Assembly: GCA_963805855.1 (NCBI GenBank)
Contig: CAWDVW010000007.1
Coordinates: forward strand, 32,001 to 96,000
Origin: Candidatus Dadabacteria bacterium
GTDB taxonomy: Bacteria; Desulfobacterota_D; UBA1144; Nemesobacterales; CSP1-2
Reading direction: 5' to 3'
DNA length: 64,000 nt
Part shown: piece after piece, positions 49,348 to 59,373 of the stretch
Layout: the number at the start of each line of letters is the position of its first letter
How positions within the stretch are numbered: position 1 is the first letter of the stretch
Program-made: the position numbers and the translations under genes
The notes under the pieces: generated by a model
Databases searched by the model: none
What the model saw: the letters and a program-made list of their open reading frames with translations, nothing else
What the model was told of the DNA's origin: nothing

Positions 49348-51369
49348 ATGCGTAACACAATGCAGGTGTTAGTAATTGCGCTGGGATTATTTGCTATTAC
49401 GTTTTTTTTGGTTACTTCCCCTGTAACCTCGCAGGCAAACGCTGCTACTGTGACGACTGATAAAGACGACTATGTGCCTGGAGAGACAGTAATTATTACA
49501 GGATCAGGATGGCAGCCTTGGGAAACTGTGGAGCTTTATATACTTGAGGAGCCTGAAATTCATCCCGGCGAGACTTTATACGCAGATGCCGACGGTGCAG
49601 GCGAGATTTCCAACAACGAATACGTTATCCAAGACCATGACCTTGGGCAGACTTTTACATTAACGGCCACGGGGCTGACATCTGGCATGATCGCACAGAC
49701 GACGTTTACGGATGCCGCCAACTGCACCGTCGCGGCCGACTGCGATGCTGCGAAGGAATGCGAAACAGGCCCCTTCTGTGTGGCTGGCAAGTGCCAATAC
49801 GGGAATGCGGCAGCCGGGATAGCTTGCACTGCTGACGCCAAATTATGTACCCTCGACCAGTGCGACGGCGCTGGTAAGTGTGATCACCCAACAGCGAGTA
49901 GTGGCACCTTGTGCAGAGCGTCTGCGGGCACATGCGACGTAGTTGAGACCTGCGATGGGTCGAGCAAAGACTGTCCTGCGGATGCTGTAGCCGGGACTGG
50001 TGTTGTTTGTAATGCTGCTAACGGGGTATGTGACGTGGCAGAGAATTGCGATGGGACGAATAAGACGTGTCCTGCCGATGCTGTAGCCGGGACTGGTGTT
50101 GTTTGTAATGCTGCTAACGGGGTATGTGACGTGGCAGAGAATTGCGATGGGACGAATAAGACGTGTCCTGCCGATGCTGTAGCCGGGACTGGTGTTGTTT
50201 GTAATGCTGCTAACGGGGTATGTGACGTGGCAGAGAATTGCGATGGGACGAATAAGACGTGTCCTGCCGATGCAAAGAGCTCGGCAGAGTGCCGCGCATC
50301 GGAAGGGGCTTGTGATCCGGCCGAGAGTTGTGATGGAGTGGGCAATGACTGTCCTGCAGATGCAAAGAGCTCGGCAGAGTGCCGCGCATCGGAAGGGGCT
50401 TGTGATCCGGCCGAGAGTTGTGATGGAGTGGGCAATGACTGTCCTTCAGATGCAAAGAGCTCGGCAGAGTGCCGCGCATCGGAAGGGGCTTGTGATCCGG
50501 CCGAGAGTTGTGATGGAGTGGGCAATGACTGTCCTGCAGATGAGCTAGACGATTCATTCTGTGACGATAGTGATATATGTACTGACGATATGTGCGAACC
50601 ATCTAATTCGGAGAGTGATTCTGACGGATGTTTGATTACTTCTAACCCTTCAAATGATCCCTCTTGTGAAAATGACCTTATATGTAAAGGGCCGGGGTTC
50701 TACAGTACACATGGTGGAAGTGAAAAATCTGGGAAGAGTGCACGCGCGGCTGTTAATGTAACTCAGATGATTATTGATGCCGCGGGAGGATGTGTCGAGA
50801 TTTGTGGTGAGAAAATCAACGCAACCGACACCGACAACGCCGACTCAGCTCTGGAGGGTTTATGTGTTAGTCCGAAGAGCGATCCCAAAATTAAGGTATA
50901 TCGAATGCTTATTACAACGGCATTGAACTGCATAGTAAGTGGTTTCGGACCTGACTGTATGGATGCTCCTGAAGATATCGCCATGTTGTTCGATGAGTGT
51001 AATATGGCGTGTATAAACGGCGACACGACAATGATTAAAAGCTGTGTTGATGAACTTGATTGCGTCAACAATGGTGGGGCCTACGACAACGGCTTCTGCC
51101 AGACAGGTGAATGCTCTGACAATATGCAGCCCTGTAATGAATCAGACCACTCAAACTGTGGAGTCGGTGCTGTATGCGTACAAACTGATGGTTGCGATGA
51201 TCTGCCGCTCGTGAATGAAGACCTTAGTCTCTACTTTGATCCAGAGCCAGCTGCAAGTAGCCCAAAGGCTTGCAACGCGGCGACCAAGAGCTCATGCACT
51301 GGGGTTGGATCGGATGAAGATGAATGTAACACTGGTACGATGTCTTTGACCGCTGAAACTTGTCCGTAA
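49348..51369 (+). CDS. Secreted cysteine-rich repeat protein with disintegrin-like repeats
   Basis: Signal peptide, TDKDDYVPGETV Ig-like domain, repeated CR...CD..E.CDG....CP.D units. Confidence 0.8.
   Translation: MRNTMQVLVIALGLFAITFFLVTSPVTSQANAATVTTDKDDYVPGETVIITGSGWQPWETVELYILEEPEIHPGETLYADADGAGEISNNEYVIQDHDLGQTFTLTATGLTSGMIAQTTFTDAANCTVAADCDAAKECETGPFCVAGKCQYGNAAAGIACTADAKLCTLDQCDGAGKCDHPTASSGTLCRASAGTCDVVETCDGSSKDCPADAVAGTGVVCNAANGVCDVAENCDGTNKTCPADAVAGTGVVCNAANGVCDVAENCDGTNKTCPADAVAGTGVVCNAANGVCDVAENCDGTNKTCPADAKSSAECRASEGACDPAESCDGVGNDCPADAKSSAECRASEGACDPAESCDGVGNDCPSDAKSSAECRASEGACDPAESCDGVGNDCPADELDDSFCDDSDICTDDMCEPSNSESDSDGCLITSNPSNDPSCENDLICKGPGFYSTHGGSEKSGKSARAAVNVTQMIIDAAGGCVEICGEKINATDTDNADSALEGLCVSPKSDPKIKVYRMLITTALNCIVSGFGPDCMDAPEDIAMLFDECNMACINGDTTMIKSCVDELDCVNNGGAYDNGFCQTGECSDNMQPCNESDHSNCGVGAVCVQTDGCDDLPLVNEDLSLYFDPEPAASSPKACNAATKSSCTGVGSDEDECNTGTMSLTAETCP
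49972..50541 (+). repeat. Intragenic tandem repeats: 3 x 96 bp then 3 x 90 bp
   Basis: Units start at 49972, 50068, 50164 (32 aa) and 50260, 50350, 50440 (30 aa); near-identical DNA. Confidence 0.92.
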
Positions 51370-51381
51370 AACTTAAACAAT

Positions 51382-51413
51382 TAGGGCGCCCTGTCATTTG
51401 ACGGAGCGCCCTA
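51382..51413 (+). terminator. GC-rich hairpin after the Cys-rich gene
   Basis: TAGGGCGC...TGTCA-TT-TGACG...GCGCCCTA; weak U tract. Confidence 0.5.
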
Positions 51414-51562
51414 CTTGAATCGTATGAGTAGTGTAAGGACCGGGGGGACCCATTAGCCAGTCCCTGTCAATAGGGTAAAGAAATTCTTTTGATGTTTTTT
51501 ATTCATATCATCTTCTCTTGCTAGTTTATCCAACACGCGCCCGTTATTTTTGTCTTTGTGGT

Positions 51563-51609
51563 CCGGGGCCAGGCTTTGTTTATTTGCTTATTTATTTCTG
51601 AAGCTCTTT
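51563..51609. repeat. Extra copy of the HUH element left end
   Basis: 44 of 47 nt identical to 47769-47815 in direct orientation. Confidence 0.75.
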
Positions 51610-51950
51610 CGTCTTATTCCTAGTTTATTCTGGTATGAGTCCTTTCCTGGCGACCTGAAGGTCTCCGCTACAATTAAAACACCCCATCCTAGCCCCTCCG
51701 ATGTCACTCAGGACAGGCTTAGTGCGGACGGGTTTAATACATAAGTCGCCAGTCCGGGAATCCCCATTCGTTCACACTTCTATAGTTCGACGGGCTCACC
51801 ACTCGGTGCGAACGGATTAAAAAGGCTTATGAGGTGGGTCAGGCTTCGTTAATCAGTTTATGAAGCTCCTTCATTACATTGGAGATTTGTCCTTTTCCAG
51901 AAGGTCCTTATAATACATATAAAATTTTAGAAATATGAGGAGAATAATTC

Positions 51951-52727
51951 ATGAGAAAGAATCTGATAATTGTACTTCCATTGCTATTTCTATTTATTGC
52001 TATTTGTACTCAAATTGGTTGCCAGAGCCCGGACGTAAGTGGGATACGGGAAGAGTTAAAAGAGCTAATAGAGCTTGAGAAGGCAAATCAAAAAGAGCTC
52101 CAGGAGATTAAGAAACTCTTAGGATCAAGGGGTGCGCCCGCGCCTTCGCAACCGGATAACGTGGTATTGAACATAGATAAGAGTCCTTTCAAAGGTGAAA
52201 AAGAGGCGAAGGTTACTTTAATTGAGTTTTCAGATTTTCAGTGCCCGTTTTGCGGGAGACACGCGCGGGACACTATGCCGCAGCTAGACTCTGAATACAT
52301 CAAGACCGGCAAGGTGAAGTACGTCTTTAAGGACTTCCCTTTGGAGTCTATACATAAAAATGCGTTTAAGGCGGCTGAAGCAGCCGATTGCGCGGGTGAC
52401 CAGGGTAAGTATTGGGAGATGCATGATAAACTCTTTGAAAATCAACGGGCCCTCAGCAATGAGGATTTTCTCAAGTACGCCGGGGAATTAAATTTGGATA
52501 AGGCAAAGTTTGAAAAATGTCTCGATAGCGGGACTTACGCGAGTAAGGTTCGTGAAAATATTTCAGAAGGACAAAAAGCAGGGGTCACCGGAACGCCAGC
52601 ATTTTTTCTGGCAATTAATGAGGGAAATGATTCGAGTGTAAAGACTTCGAAAAGGATAACGGGTGCCCAACCCTATGCTAATTTTAAGGGGGCTATAGAC
52701 GACCTTCTTTCGTCACAGGGTAAATAG
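51951..52727 (+). CDS. DsbA/thioredoxin-like lipoprotein
   Basis: QIGC lipobox-like motif, EFSDFQCPFC, GVTGTPAF, GAQP. Confidence 0.9.
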   Translation: MRKNLIIVLPLLFLFIAICTQIGCQSPDVSGIREELKELIELEKANQKELQEIKKLLGSRGAPAPSQPDNVVLNIDKSPFKGEKEAKVTLIEFSDFQCPFCGRHARDTMPQLDSEYIKTGKVKYVFKDFPLESIHKNAFKAAEAADCAGDQGKYWEMHDKLFENQRALSNEDFLKYAGELNLDKAKFEKCLDSGTYASKVRENISEGQKAGVTGTPAFFLAINEGNDSSVKTSKRITGAQPYANFKGAIDDLLSSQGK

Positions 52728-52745
52728 GAGAATAAAAACTAAAAC

Positions 52746-53040
52746 CTCGTTCACACTGAGTTTATCGAAGTGTGAGCATCAGCCATTCGGCCATCCTCAG
52801 TACGGCCCTTCGACCAGGCAGGCTTTCCCCTTGATAAGGGGAAGGGAAAAGGTTGATTTTTATCGAAAGGAATGGGTAGTGTTTCGCGTATTTGAATTTG
52901 CTTTCGGTTGATAGCGTGTTGGATAGAAGTAAAAACATGGATTCCCAATTACTGATTTTGGGAATGACAGACCGGGGGGGATACGCGCTTACGCTTGTCC
53001 CCGTGTGTTTCTAGCGGGGATTCTGTGGGAATGACAATCG
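52746..53040. repeat. REP cluster between convergent genes
   Basis: CACACTGAGTTTATCGAAGTGTG (52752), CCCTTCGAC, two GGGAATGAC tails, GCTTGTCCCCG...GCGGGGA (inverted relative at about 56302-56330). Confidence 0.65.
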
Positions 53041-53059
53041 GGACAGATTAGCCTATATA

Positions 53060-53503
53060 TTAGCGCTTATATTTTTTTTCAATCTCTTTGACTTTTTCTA
53101 TGTTCGCTTTTTCTTCTTCTTCGGGTGAGGAATTGAACCAGGCTTCCAAAATTTCTTTAGCCACTATCGGGGAGGTCATTCTAAGACTCATGGCAAGCAC
53201 ATTAGCGTCATTCCATTTTCTAGCTCCCTCTGCGGTTTTGGCATCGGCGCAGAGTGCCGCCCTGATACCGGGCACCTTATTTGCCGCCATACTGACCCCT
53301 GTGCCCGTCCAGCAAAAGAGTATTCCCTGATCGCAGTCAGTGTTCGAAACCCTTTCAGCTACCTTCTCAGCCACTTCGGCCCACTGAATGGTCTCACCGG
53401 CAAGTGGACCATAAAGTTCAAGTTCAATGCCCTTCTTTTTCAATTCCTTTATAACGAAGTCTGTTAAATGAGTCTTTTCGTCGCTTCCCACTGCGATTTT
53501 CAT
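53060..53503 (-). CDS. RpiB/LacAB family sugar-phosphate isomerase
   Basis: IAVGSD, CWTGTGVSMAANKVPGIRAA, WNDANVL. Confidence 0.9.
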   Translation of the reverse strand: MKIAVGSDEKTHLTDFVIKELKKKGIELELYGPLAGETIQWAEVAEKVAERVSNTDCDQGILFCWTGTGVSMAANKVPGIRAALCADAKTAEGARKWNDANVLAMSLRMTSPIVAKEILEAWFNSSPEEEEKANIEKVKEIEKKYKR

Positions 53504-53646
53504 ATTTTTTAGTCCTTACATGACTTCCCTGTCAAATTGTATGTATAATTTTAAATAACTTGCTGTTTTGGAGCAAGTAATAATGCATAGTAATATTATA
53601 AGTACCCATAACTCTTTAAATTTATTGCAGAATAAAATAAAAATGC

Positions 53647-53676
53647 TTGACCTTGATGTAATTTTTGGACTATAAT
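53647..53676 (+). promoter_or_regulatory. Putative sigma70 promoter
   Basis: TTGACC-18 nt-TATAAT upstream of the 53731 ORF. Confidence 0.5.
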
Positions 53677-53730
53677 ATATAGCTCCGATCTTTATTTGTA
53701 AGATCGTGGGGGGATAGAGATATTAATTTC

Positions 53731-54183
53731 TTGCCGATTGATTACTCCGAGCTGGAAATACAGTTAGCTAGGGATTTAAACACGCAAGAGGGTTCCCTTT
53801 TTGTTCTTGTTAATGATGAGAATAATAATATACTGGAGTTCGTATACCCGACGAAACTCAGGGGCAACCTTGTACCGGTAAACTCCAAGAGTCTAGTTGG
53901 AAAAGCCGTTGTGACCAAGAAATCATCTATTGTAAATGACCTGAAGAAAGAGAAAAATGTAGTTGTGCTTGATTGGCTTTTGCGTATGGGAATGGAGCCT
54001 GTCCAAAAGGTAATCACGTATCCTCTAATGCTTGGGGAACGGATAGTAGCAGCCTTGATGGTGGTAAGAAGGGGTGACGCCTTGACTCAGGCGCCGGACT
54101 TCAGTCAAGAGGATATAGAAAGGTTGAAGAGTCTCTTAGATAACAAGTTTTCGATTCGTTTAGCAGCCGAGATGGGGGAGTGA
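53731..54183 (+). CDS. Stand-alone GAF-like domain protein
   Basis: GSLFV, SLVGKAV, IVND, ITYPL, FSQED pattern typical of GAF domains. Confidence 0.6.
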   Translation: MPIDYSELEIQLARDLNTQEGSLFVLVNDENNNILEFVYPTKLRGNLVPVNSKSLVGKAVVTKKSSIVNDLKKEKNVVVLDWLLRMGMEPVQKVITYPLMLGERIVAALMVVRRGDALTQAPDFSQEDIERLKSLLDNKFSIRLAAEMGE

Positions 54184-54319
54184 TAGTAGAGGGGGTCAGG
54201 ATTTTTTTGACTAATTTCACTAGCTAATCGTTGACAACTTCCTACATGGATCGGGGCGAGGGATGCAAATTGACCTGATCCAAGAATGCATTCCCTTCCT
54301 AGTGCCTAACTGGGTCACA

Positions 54320-54495
54320 ATTCGATCCGTCGATGAACTCAGGATAGGCTTGTCGAAATGTAAAATAGATTTCCAGCAATAGGCTCAACATAAACCCGTT
54401 TACACTGAGTTCATCGAAGTGTGAATATCGGCCCTTCGATCGTTCGACTCGGCTCACGACAGGCCGTTCGACAGGCTCACGGCTCAGGGGACACA
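54320..54495. repeat. REP cluster (CACTGAG/TCGAAG family)
   Basis: CAACATAAACCCGTTTACACTGAGTTCATCGAAGTGTG plus nested TTCGAC...GCTCAC/GCTCAG units. Confidence 0.7.
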
Positions 54496-54760
54496 ATGTT
54501 TGGATTTGCACTCAAATTTAATATTAATAGCAATCCCCAGATAGATAGCCGGGGTTTTCCAACATCGGATTTAGAGAAAATTATTCCATTAGAATGCGGA
54601 ACAAGTATGTCCCGCCTATCGCTTTAGAAACGTGTAGCGAGCTGTGGGCATATGCGAGTTAAACATTAGGGTTGATAAAGATTGACACTGTCCAGGTTTA
54701 TCAATATCATTGATTTCAAGTTAGTGAAGAGAAATATCTCTCAGAAGAGGGTTACATTTT

Positions 54761-56101
54761 GTGAATAGGAATTCGCTTCCGCCCGGTCCCAGAGGATTGC
54801 CCATCGCAGGGTCTCTTTTCGATTATTTCCTTGATATGCTTGGGTTTTTGCTGAGGACCGCTCAGGCCTATGGAGATATCGCATATTTCAGGCTTGGCTC
54901 AAGGCAGGTATATCTCCTAAGTCATCCCGACCATATCAAAGACGTCCTTGTAACAAACCACAGGAATTTTCACAAGAGCAGGGCGCTCCAGAGGTCTAAG
55001 ATCGTTCTGGGTGAGGGCCTTCTTACCAGCGAGGGTGAGACCCATCTGAGGGAGCGGAGAATCATACAGCCTGTATTTCACCATAAGAGGATTAAAGCCT
55101 ATGCCAATGTGATGACTGATTTCGCATCAAGGATTGGAGAGAATTGGGAAAACGGTGAAGTGGTTGACCTACACAGGGAGACGATGCGCCTCACACTTGC
55201 AATCGTTGCAAAGTCCCTTTTTGGAGCTGAAATTAGATCGGGGGCGGACGACATTGGTAAATCTCTAACAACAATTGTCAATCAATTCCCGCGTATGCTT
55301 TTCCCGCTTTCGGAATATCTGGATAAAATTCCCCTACCGAGTACACGCAAGTTTTTTAACGCCCTTGAGACACTCGATAAAACTGTCTACCACTTAATCG
55401 AAGAGGGAAGAAAAAGTAAAGAAGATAGGGATGACCTTCTCTCGATGTTACTTTCGGCTCAGGACGAAGAGGGCGGAGCGGGTCTGACCGATCTGCAGGT
55501 TCGGGATGAGGTAATGACACTTTTCCTGGCGGGACAGGAAAGCACTGCGAATTCTCTTGTGTGGGCATGGTACTTAATATCACAACATCGTGATGTGGAA
55601 GAAAAGCTTCACGATGAGCTCGATTCTGTTTTGGGTGGGCGTTTGCCAGAAGTAGACGATCTAAAAAAGCTTGTTTTTACAAGAATGGTCTTCTCAGAAT
55701 CCTTACGCCTTTATCCCCCTGCCTGGACAGTTGTTCGCCGCGCGATCGAAGATTATCAGGTAGATGGATACGTTGTTCCGAGCGGAGCAGACATTTATAT
55801 GAGCCAATATGTAGTTCATCACGATCCCAGGTTCTTCCCCGATCCTTTCAAGTTTGATCCGGAGCGCTGGAATCAGGACCAGGCTTCTTCGCTTCCACAA
55901 TTTGCGTACTTCCCATTTGGCGGAGGCCCCAGAGTATGCATAGGAGAATCATTCGCATGGATGGAGGGAATTATGCTGATAGCTGCAATCGCTTCAAAAT
56001 GGAAAATGCACCTTGTGCCAGGCCAGCACATCGTACCCAAACCCCTTATTACAATCCGCCCAAAGCGGGGAATGAAGATGATAATGGAAAAAAGAAGTTA
56101 G
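54761..56101 (+). CDS. Cytochrome P450
   Basis: PPGPRG, I-helix AGQEST, ESLRLYPP, FDPERW, heme motif FGGGPRVCIG. Confidence 0.95.
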   Translation: MNRNSLPPGPRGLPIAGSLFDYFLDMLGFLLRTAQAYGDIAYFRLGSRQVYLLSHPDHIKDVLVTNHRNFHKSRALQRSKIVLGEGLLTSEGETHLRERRIIQPVFHHKRIKAYANVMTDFASRIGENWENGEVVDLHRETMRLTLAIVAKSLFGAEIRSGADDIGKSLTTIVNQFPRMLFPLSEYLDKIPLPSTRKFFNALETLDKTVYHLIEEGRKSKEDRDDLLSMLLSAQDEEGGAGLTDLQVRDEVMTLFLAGQESTANSLVWAWYLISQHRDVEEKLHDELDSVLGGRLPEVDDLKKLVFTRMVFSESLRLYPPAWTVVRRAIEDYQVDGYVVPSGADIYMSQYVVHHDPRFFPDPFKFDPERWNQDQASSLPQFAYFPFGGGPRVCIGESFAWMEGIMLIAAIASKWKMHLVPGQHIVPKPLITIRPKRGMKMIMEKRS

Positions 56102-56218
56102 CGAGTTGTCTCGAGCGTCGTGATACCCCAGTCCGTCATTTCGAACAAATGTAAGAGATCTTGTAGTTAAGTCGGTAAATATAAAGACTAAGGAAAGATT
56201 TCTCTCTTCGTTCGAAAT

Positions 56219-56561
56219 TGTAGATGTTAGATATTTCGTGGACAAAATCCAAAAAATAATAAATTCCCTGGAAATTTGCACATCCGTCATCCTCGAAGGT
56301 TCCCCGCCAGCTACATGCGGGGGACAAGCTTTATCGGGGATCCATCGTTCAATTTTTTATTTTCTTTGTCTTGATACAAAGAAACAAAAATCAAGGGCTG
56401 ACAAAAAATTAGGAATTATTAAATCAATTCCTACAGCTAAAAATATTTAATCCAACCACAACCCCAAATCTTTTTATAACGCTTCCGGAATTGATTTTGG
56501 CAATTTTTTGAATGCCCATTTAAAATCTAAGATACTATCCTCGAATTACTTGACATCTACA
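56219..56561. mobile_element. Non-autonomous TGT...ACA element (MITE), copy 2, with a 5-bp target duplication
   Basis: GAAAT|TGTAGATGTT...GACATCTACA|GAAAT; interrupts the TTCGAAATGAC tail of a REP doublet starting near 56134. Confidence 0.8.
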
Positions 56562-56628
56562 GAAATGACAAAAGGCGCTTGGAAGATGGAATTCACTAGT
56601 TAAATAATCTCACCATAAAGACTAATTT

Positions 56629-59358
56629 TTATAGAGCCTTCCTGAGATATCTGCCTGTGTATGATTCTTTTACTCTAGAAATTTCTTCCGGCGTGCCTTC
56701 TGCGACTATGTAGCCTCCCTCTTCGCCGCCTTCTGGTCCGAGGTCTATCACATGGTCAGCGGATTTAATAACATCAAGGTTGTGCTCAATAACTATTACT
56801 GTGTTACCCGTGTCCACAAGCTTATTCAAAACCTTCAGGAGCTTTTTTATATCATCGGTGTGTAATCCTACTGTTGGTTCATCCAGTATATAAATGATGC
56901 CTTTTCCACTCTTTCTGCCGAGTTCCCTCGCTATCTTTATCCTCTGCGCCTCTCCTCCGGAGAGTGTGGGCGCAGGCTGTCCAAGCTTTAGGTACCCGAG
57001 GCCAACATCCTGAAGGATCTTTAGTTTTCTGAGAAGTGCCGGCACGCCGGTGAAGAAACTTATAGAGTGGTCGATTGTCATGTCGAGGACCTGATCAATG
57101 TTCATGGATTTATACATTACCTCCAGCACTTCCTTCCTGAATCTCTTTCCATTACATTCCTCACAGGTTACATAGACATCCGCCAAAAAGTGCATCTCGA
57201 CCCTTTGTCGTCCCTCTCCCTCACATTTTTCGCACCGCCCTCCAGAAACATTAAATGAAAAGTACGACGGGGAGAATCTTTTTCTTCTCGCATCCCACGT
57301 GTTTGCCATGATATTTCTTATTTCATCGTATGCCTTAATGTAGGTGGCAGGATTTGACCTCGAGCTTTTGCCAATTGGCGATTGATCAAGCATTACGACG
57401 TTTGATATATATGAGATGCCTTTAATCTCTTTAAATCTGCCAATCTTCTCAATTTCCCCATTGAATTTTCTGGCAAGTGCGGAGTAGAGAACATCATTTA
57501 TAAGCGAACTCTTTCCAGAGCCTGAAACGCCGGTTACGCAAATCATAGTCCCGAGCGGGAAAGAAACTGTTAGATCCTTCAGGTTATTCTCAGACGCGCC
57601 AATCACAGTTAATTGTTTGGCGCCGGTTTTTCTCCTTTTTCCAGGCACAGGAATGGATAATTCATTTTGCATGTACAGTTTCGTAATGGAGTTATTGGAT
57701 TTATTGAGAAACTCTTCCAGAGAACCAGTACCTACGATTGTACCTCCATCTTTTCCCGATAAGGGACCAAGCTCAATGATGTAATCAGCAGACCTTATCA
57801 TCTCAAAATCATGTTCCACCACAACAACCGTATTGTCTCGATCCCTTAACTCCCTGATTATTGAAATCAGTCGGTTGATGTCTCTCGGGTGAAGACCTAT
57901 GGACGGTTCGTCCATTATATACAGGGTTTCCGTAAGGCTTGACCCCAGCTGGCAAGCGAGACTGACCCTTTGCGCTTCACCGCCGGAAAGCGTTTTGGTC
58001 ATTCTGGATAACGTTATATACTCCAGCCCGACTTTGATTAGAAAATCAATTCTCGATCTTATTTGTTTTAGTATTTCATCTGAGATATGCTGCTCATATT
58101 CTGTGAGTTTAATGCTGTCAAAGAAAGATTTCAGTTGTTTTATGGGCAGATCTGTAAGGTCTGAAATGGTTTTGCCGGTTATTCTTACCGACATTGCTTC
58201 TTTCTTCAGCCTACTACCGTTGCAGCTATTGCAGTTAAAGGCAGATCTATATTTGCTCAGAAATACTCTCACATGGAGCTTGTAGTTTTTCTCTTCCAGC
58301 CTTCGAAAGTATCCGAATATGCCAGGGAAGTAGCCGTTCCCGTTAAATAGTAGTTCTTTCCCCGAATTGGATATTTTTTTGTAGGGTGCGTTTATATCAA
58401 TCCCATTTTCCCTGGCAAATTGCAATAACTTTCTCATACGATTCTGAAATGAAGGTTTTGTAAACGGCTCGATGGCCCCTTCTGCAAGGCTCCTTTCAGG
58501 ATCTGGAACAACGAGATCTGGATCAACCTGAAGTATGTTTCCAAATCCCCTACACTCGGAGCAGGCTCCTTGAGGACTGTTAAATGAGAAGAGCAGGGGG
58601 GTTGGATCGTTAAAACGAATTTTACAGTAAGGGCATTCGAGTCCTTTTGAGTATTTCAGAGCATCACCGTTGAGTATATTGATGTTGACATTCTTATTTT
58701 CACGAAGTGCTAGCTCAAGTGAGTCTATAATCCTGGATCTGTATTCTTCTCTCATCTCTACTCTATCTACAACTATTTCCGATTCGTCAGGTATTATTTT
58801 TAGGTTCTCAACGTCAAATATTTCCCCATCGTGAGCTATCCTGATAAAGCCCTTCATGAGTAGATCGCCAGGAGTGAAATCAATCTTTCCTCCCAGCGGA
58901 AGTGTTATCGTGGCTCTTTTGCCTTCGTATTTTTCAAGAAGTTCACCTACTATTGCTTGTGGAGAATGATCCTTTACCTCTCTCCCGCAATCAGGGCAGT
59001 AGATCTTTCCAATCTTTGCGAAGAGGAGTCTGAGGTAGTCGTAGATTTCAGTCGTTGTACCCACAGTGGAGCGCGAGCTTTTGATCTGGTTCCTACTCTC
59101 AATCGCAATTGACGGAGGAAGTCCCCTGATGTCGTCCATATCTGGCCTGTCGACTCGCTCGAGGAATTGCCTGGCATAGGTGGATAGACATTCAACGTAT
59201 CTTCTGAGGCCCTCGGCATAGATCGTATCGAGTGCCAAAGATGACTTTCCCGAGCCGCTTAGACCTGTAATCACGGTGTAGCTATGCCAGGGGATTGACA
59301 CATTGATATCTTTTAGATTATTTTCCCTTGCTCCGATAACAGTGATCTCGCCTTTCAT
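56629..59358 (-). CDS. uvrA: Excinuclease ABC subunit A
   Basis: GARENNLK, two Walker A motifs (GLSGSGKS, GVSGSGKS), LSGGEAQR twice, zinc fingers, DEPSIGLH. Confidence 0.95.
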   Translation of the reverse strand: MKGEITVIGARENNLKDINVSIPWHSYTVITGLSGSGKSSLALDTIYAEGLRRYVECLSTYARQFLERVDRPDMDDIRGLPPSIAIESRNQIKSSRSTVGTTTEIYDYLRLLFAKIGKIYCPDCGREVKDHSPQAIVGELLEKYEGKRATITLPLGGKIDFTPGDLLMKGFIRIAHDGEIFDVENLKIIPDESEIVVDRVEMREEYRSRIIDSLELALRENKNVNINILNGDALKYSKGLECPYCKIRFNDPTPLLFSFNSPQGACSECRGFGNILQVDPDLVVPDPERSLAEGAIEPFTKPSFQNRMRKLLQFARENGIDINAPYKKISNSGKELLFNGNGYFPGIFGYFRRLEEKNYKLHVRVFLSKYRSAFNCNSCNGSRLKKEAMSVRITGKTISDLTDLPIKQLKSFFDSIKLTEYEQHISDEILKQIRSRIDFLIKVGLEYITLSRMTKTLSGGEAQRVSLACQLGSSLTETLYIMDEPSIGLHPRDINRLISIIRELRDRDNTVVVVEHDFEMIRSADYIIELGPLSGKDGGTIVGTGSLEEFLNKSNNSITKLYMQNELSIPVPGKRRKTGAKQLTVIGASENNLKDLTVSFPLGTMICVTGVSGSGKSSLINDVLYSALARKFNGEIEKIGRFKEIKGISYISNVVMLDQSPIGKSSRSNPATYIKAYDEIRNIMANTWDARRKRFSPSYFSFNVSGGRCEKCEGEGRQRVEMHFLADVYVTCEECNGKRFRKEVLEVMYKSMNIDQVLDMTIDHSISFFTGVPALLRKLKILQDVGLGYLKLGQPAPTLSGGEAQRIKIARELGRKSGKGIIYILDEPTVGLHTDDIKKLLKVLNKLVDTGNTVIVIEHNLDVIKSADHVIDLGPEGGEEGGYIVAEGTPEEISRVKESYTGRYLRKAL

Positions 59359-59373
59359 AATACGGTTGTTGAC

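Noticed and set aside
49972-50541. Diversity-generating retroelement template and variable repeats
   Set aside because: No reverse transcriptase in the window, and the repeats are simple tandem copies without adenine-specific variation.
49884-50602. Repetitive alternative-frame and antisense ORFs
   Set aside because: Shadows of the tandem repeats in the 673-aa gene.
54299-54627. Short ORFs (also 52751-52948, 43674-43929, 51550-51744)
   Set aside because: Derived from REP or MITE clusters.
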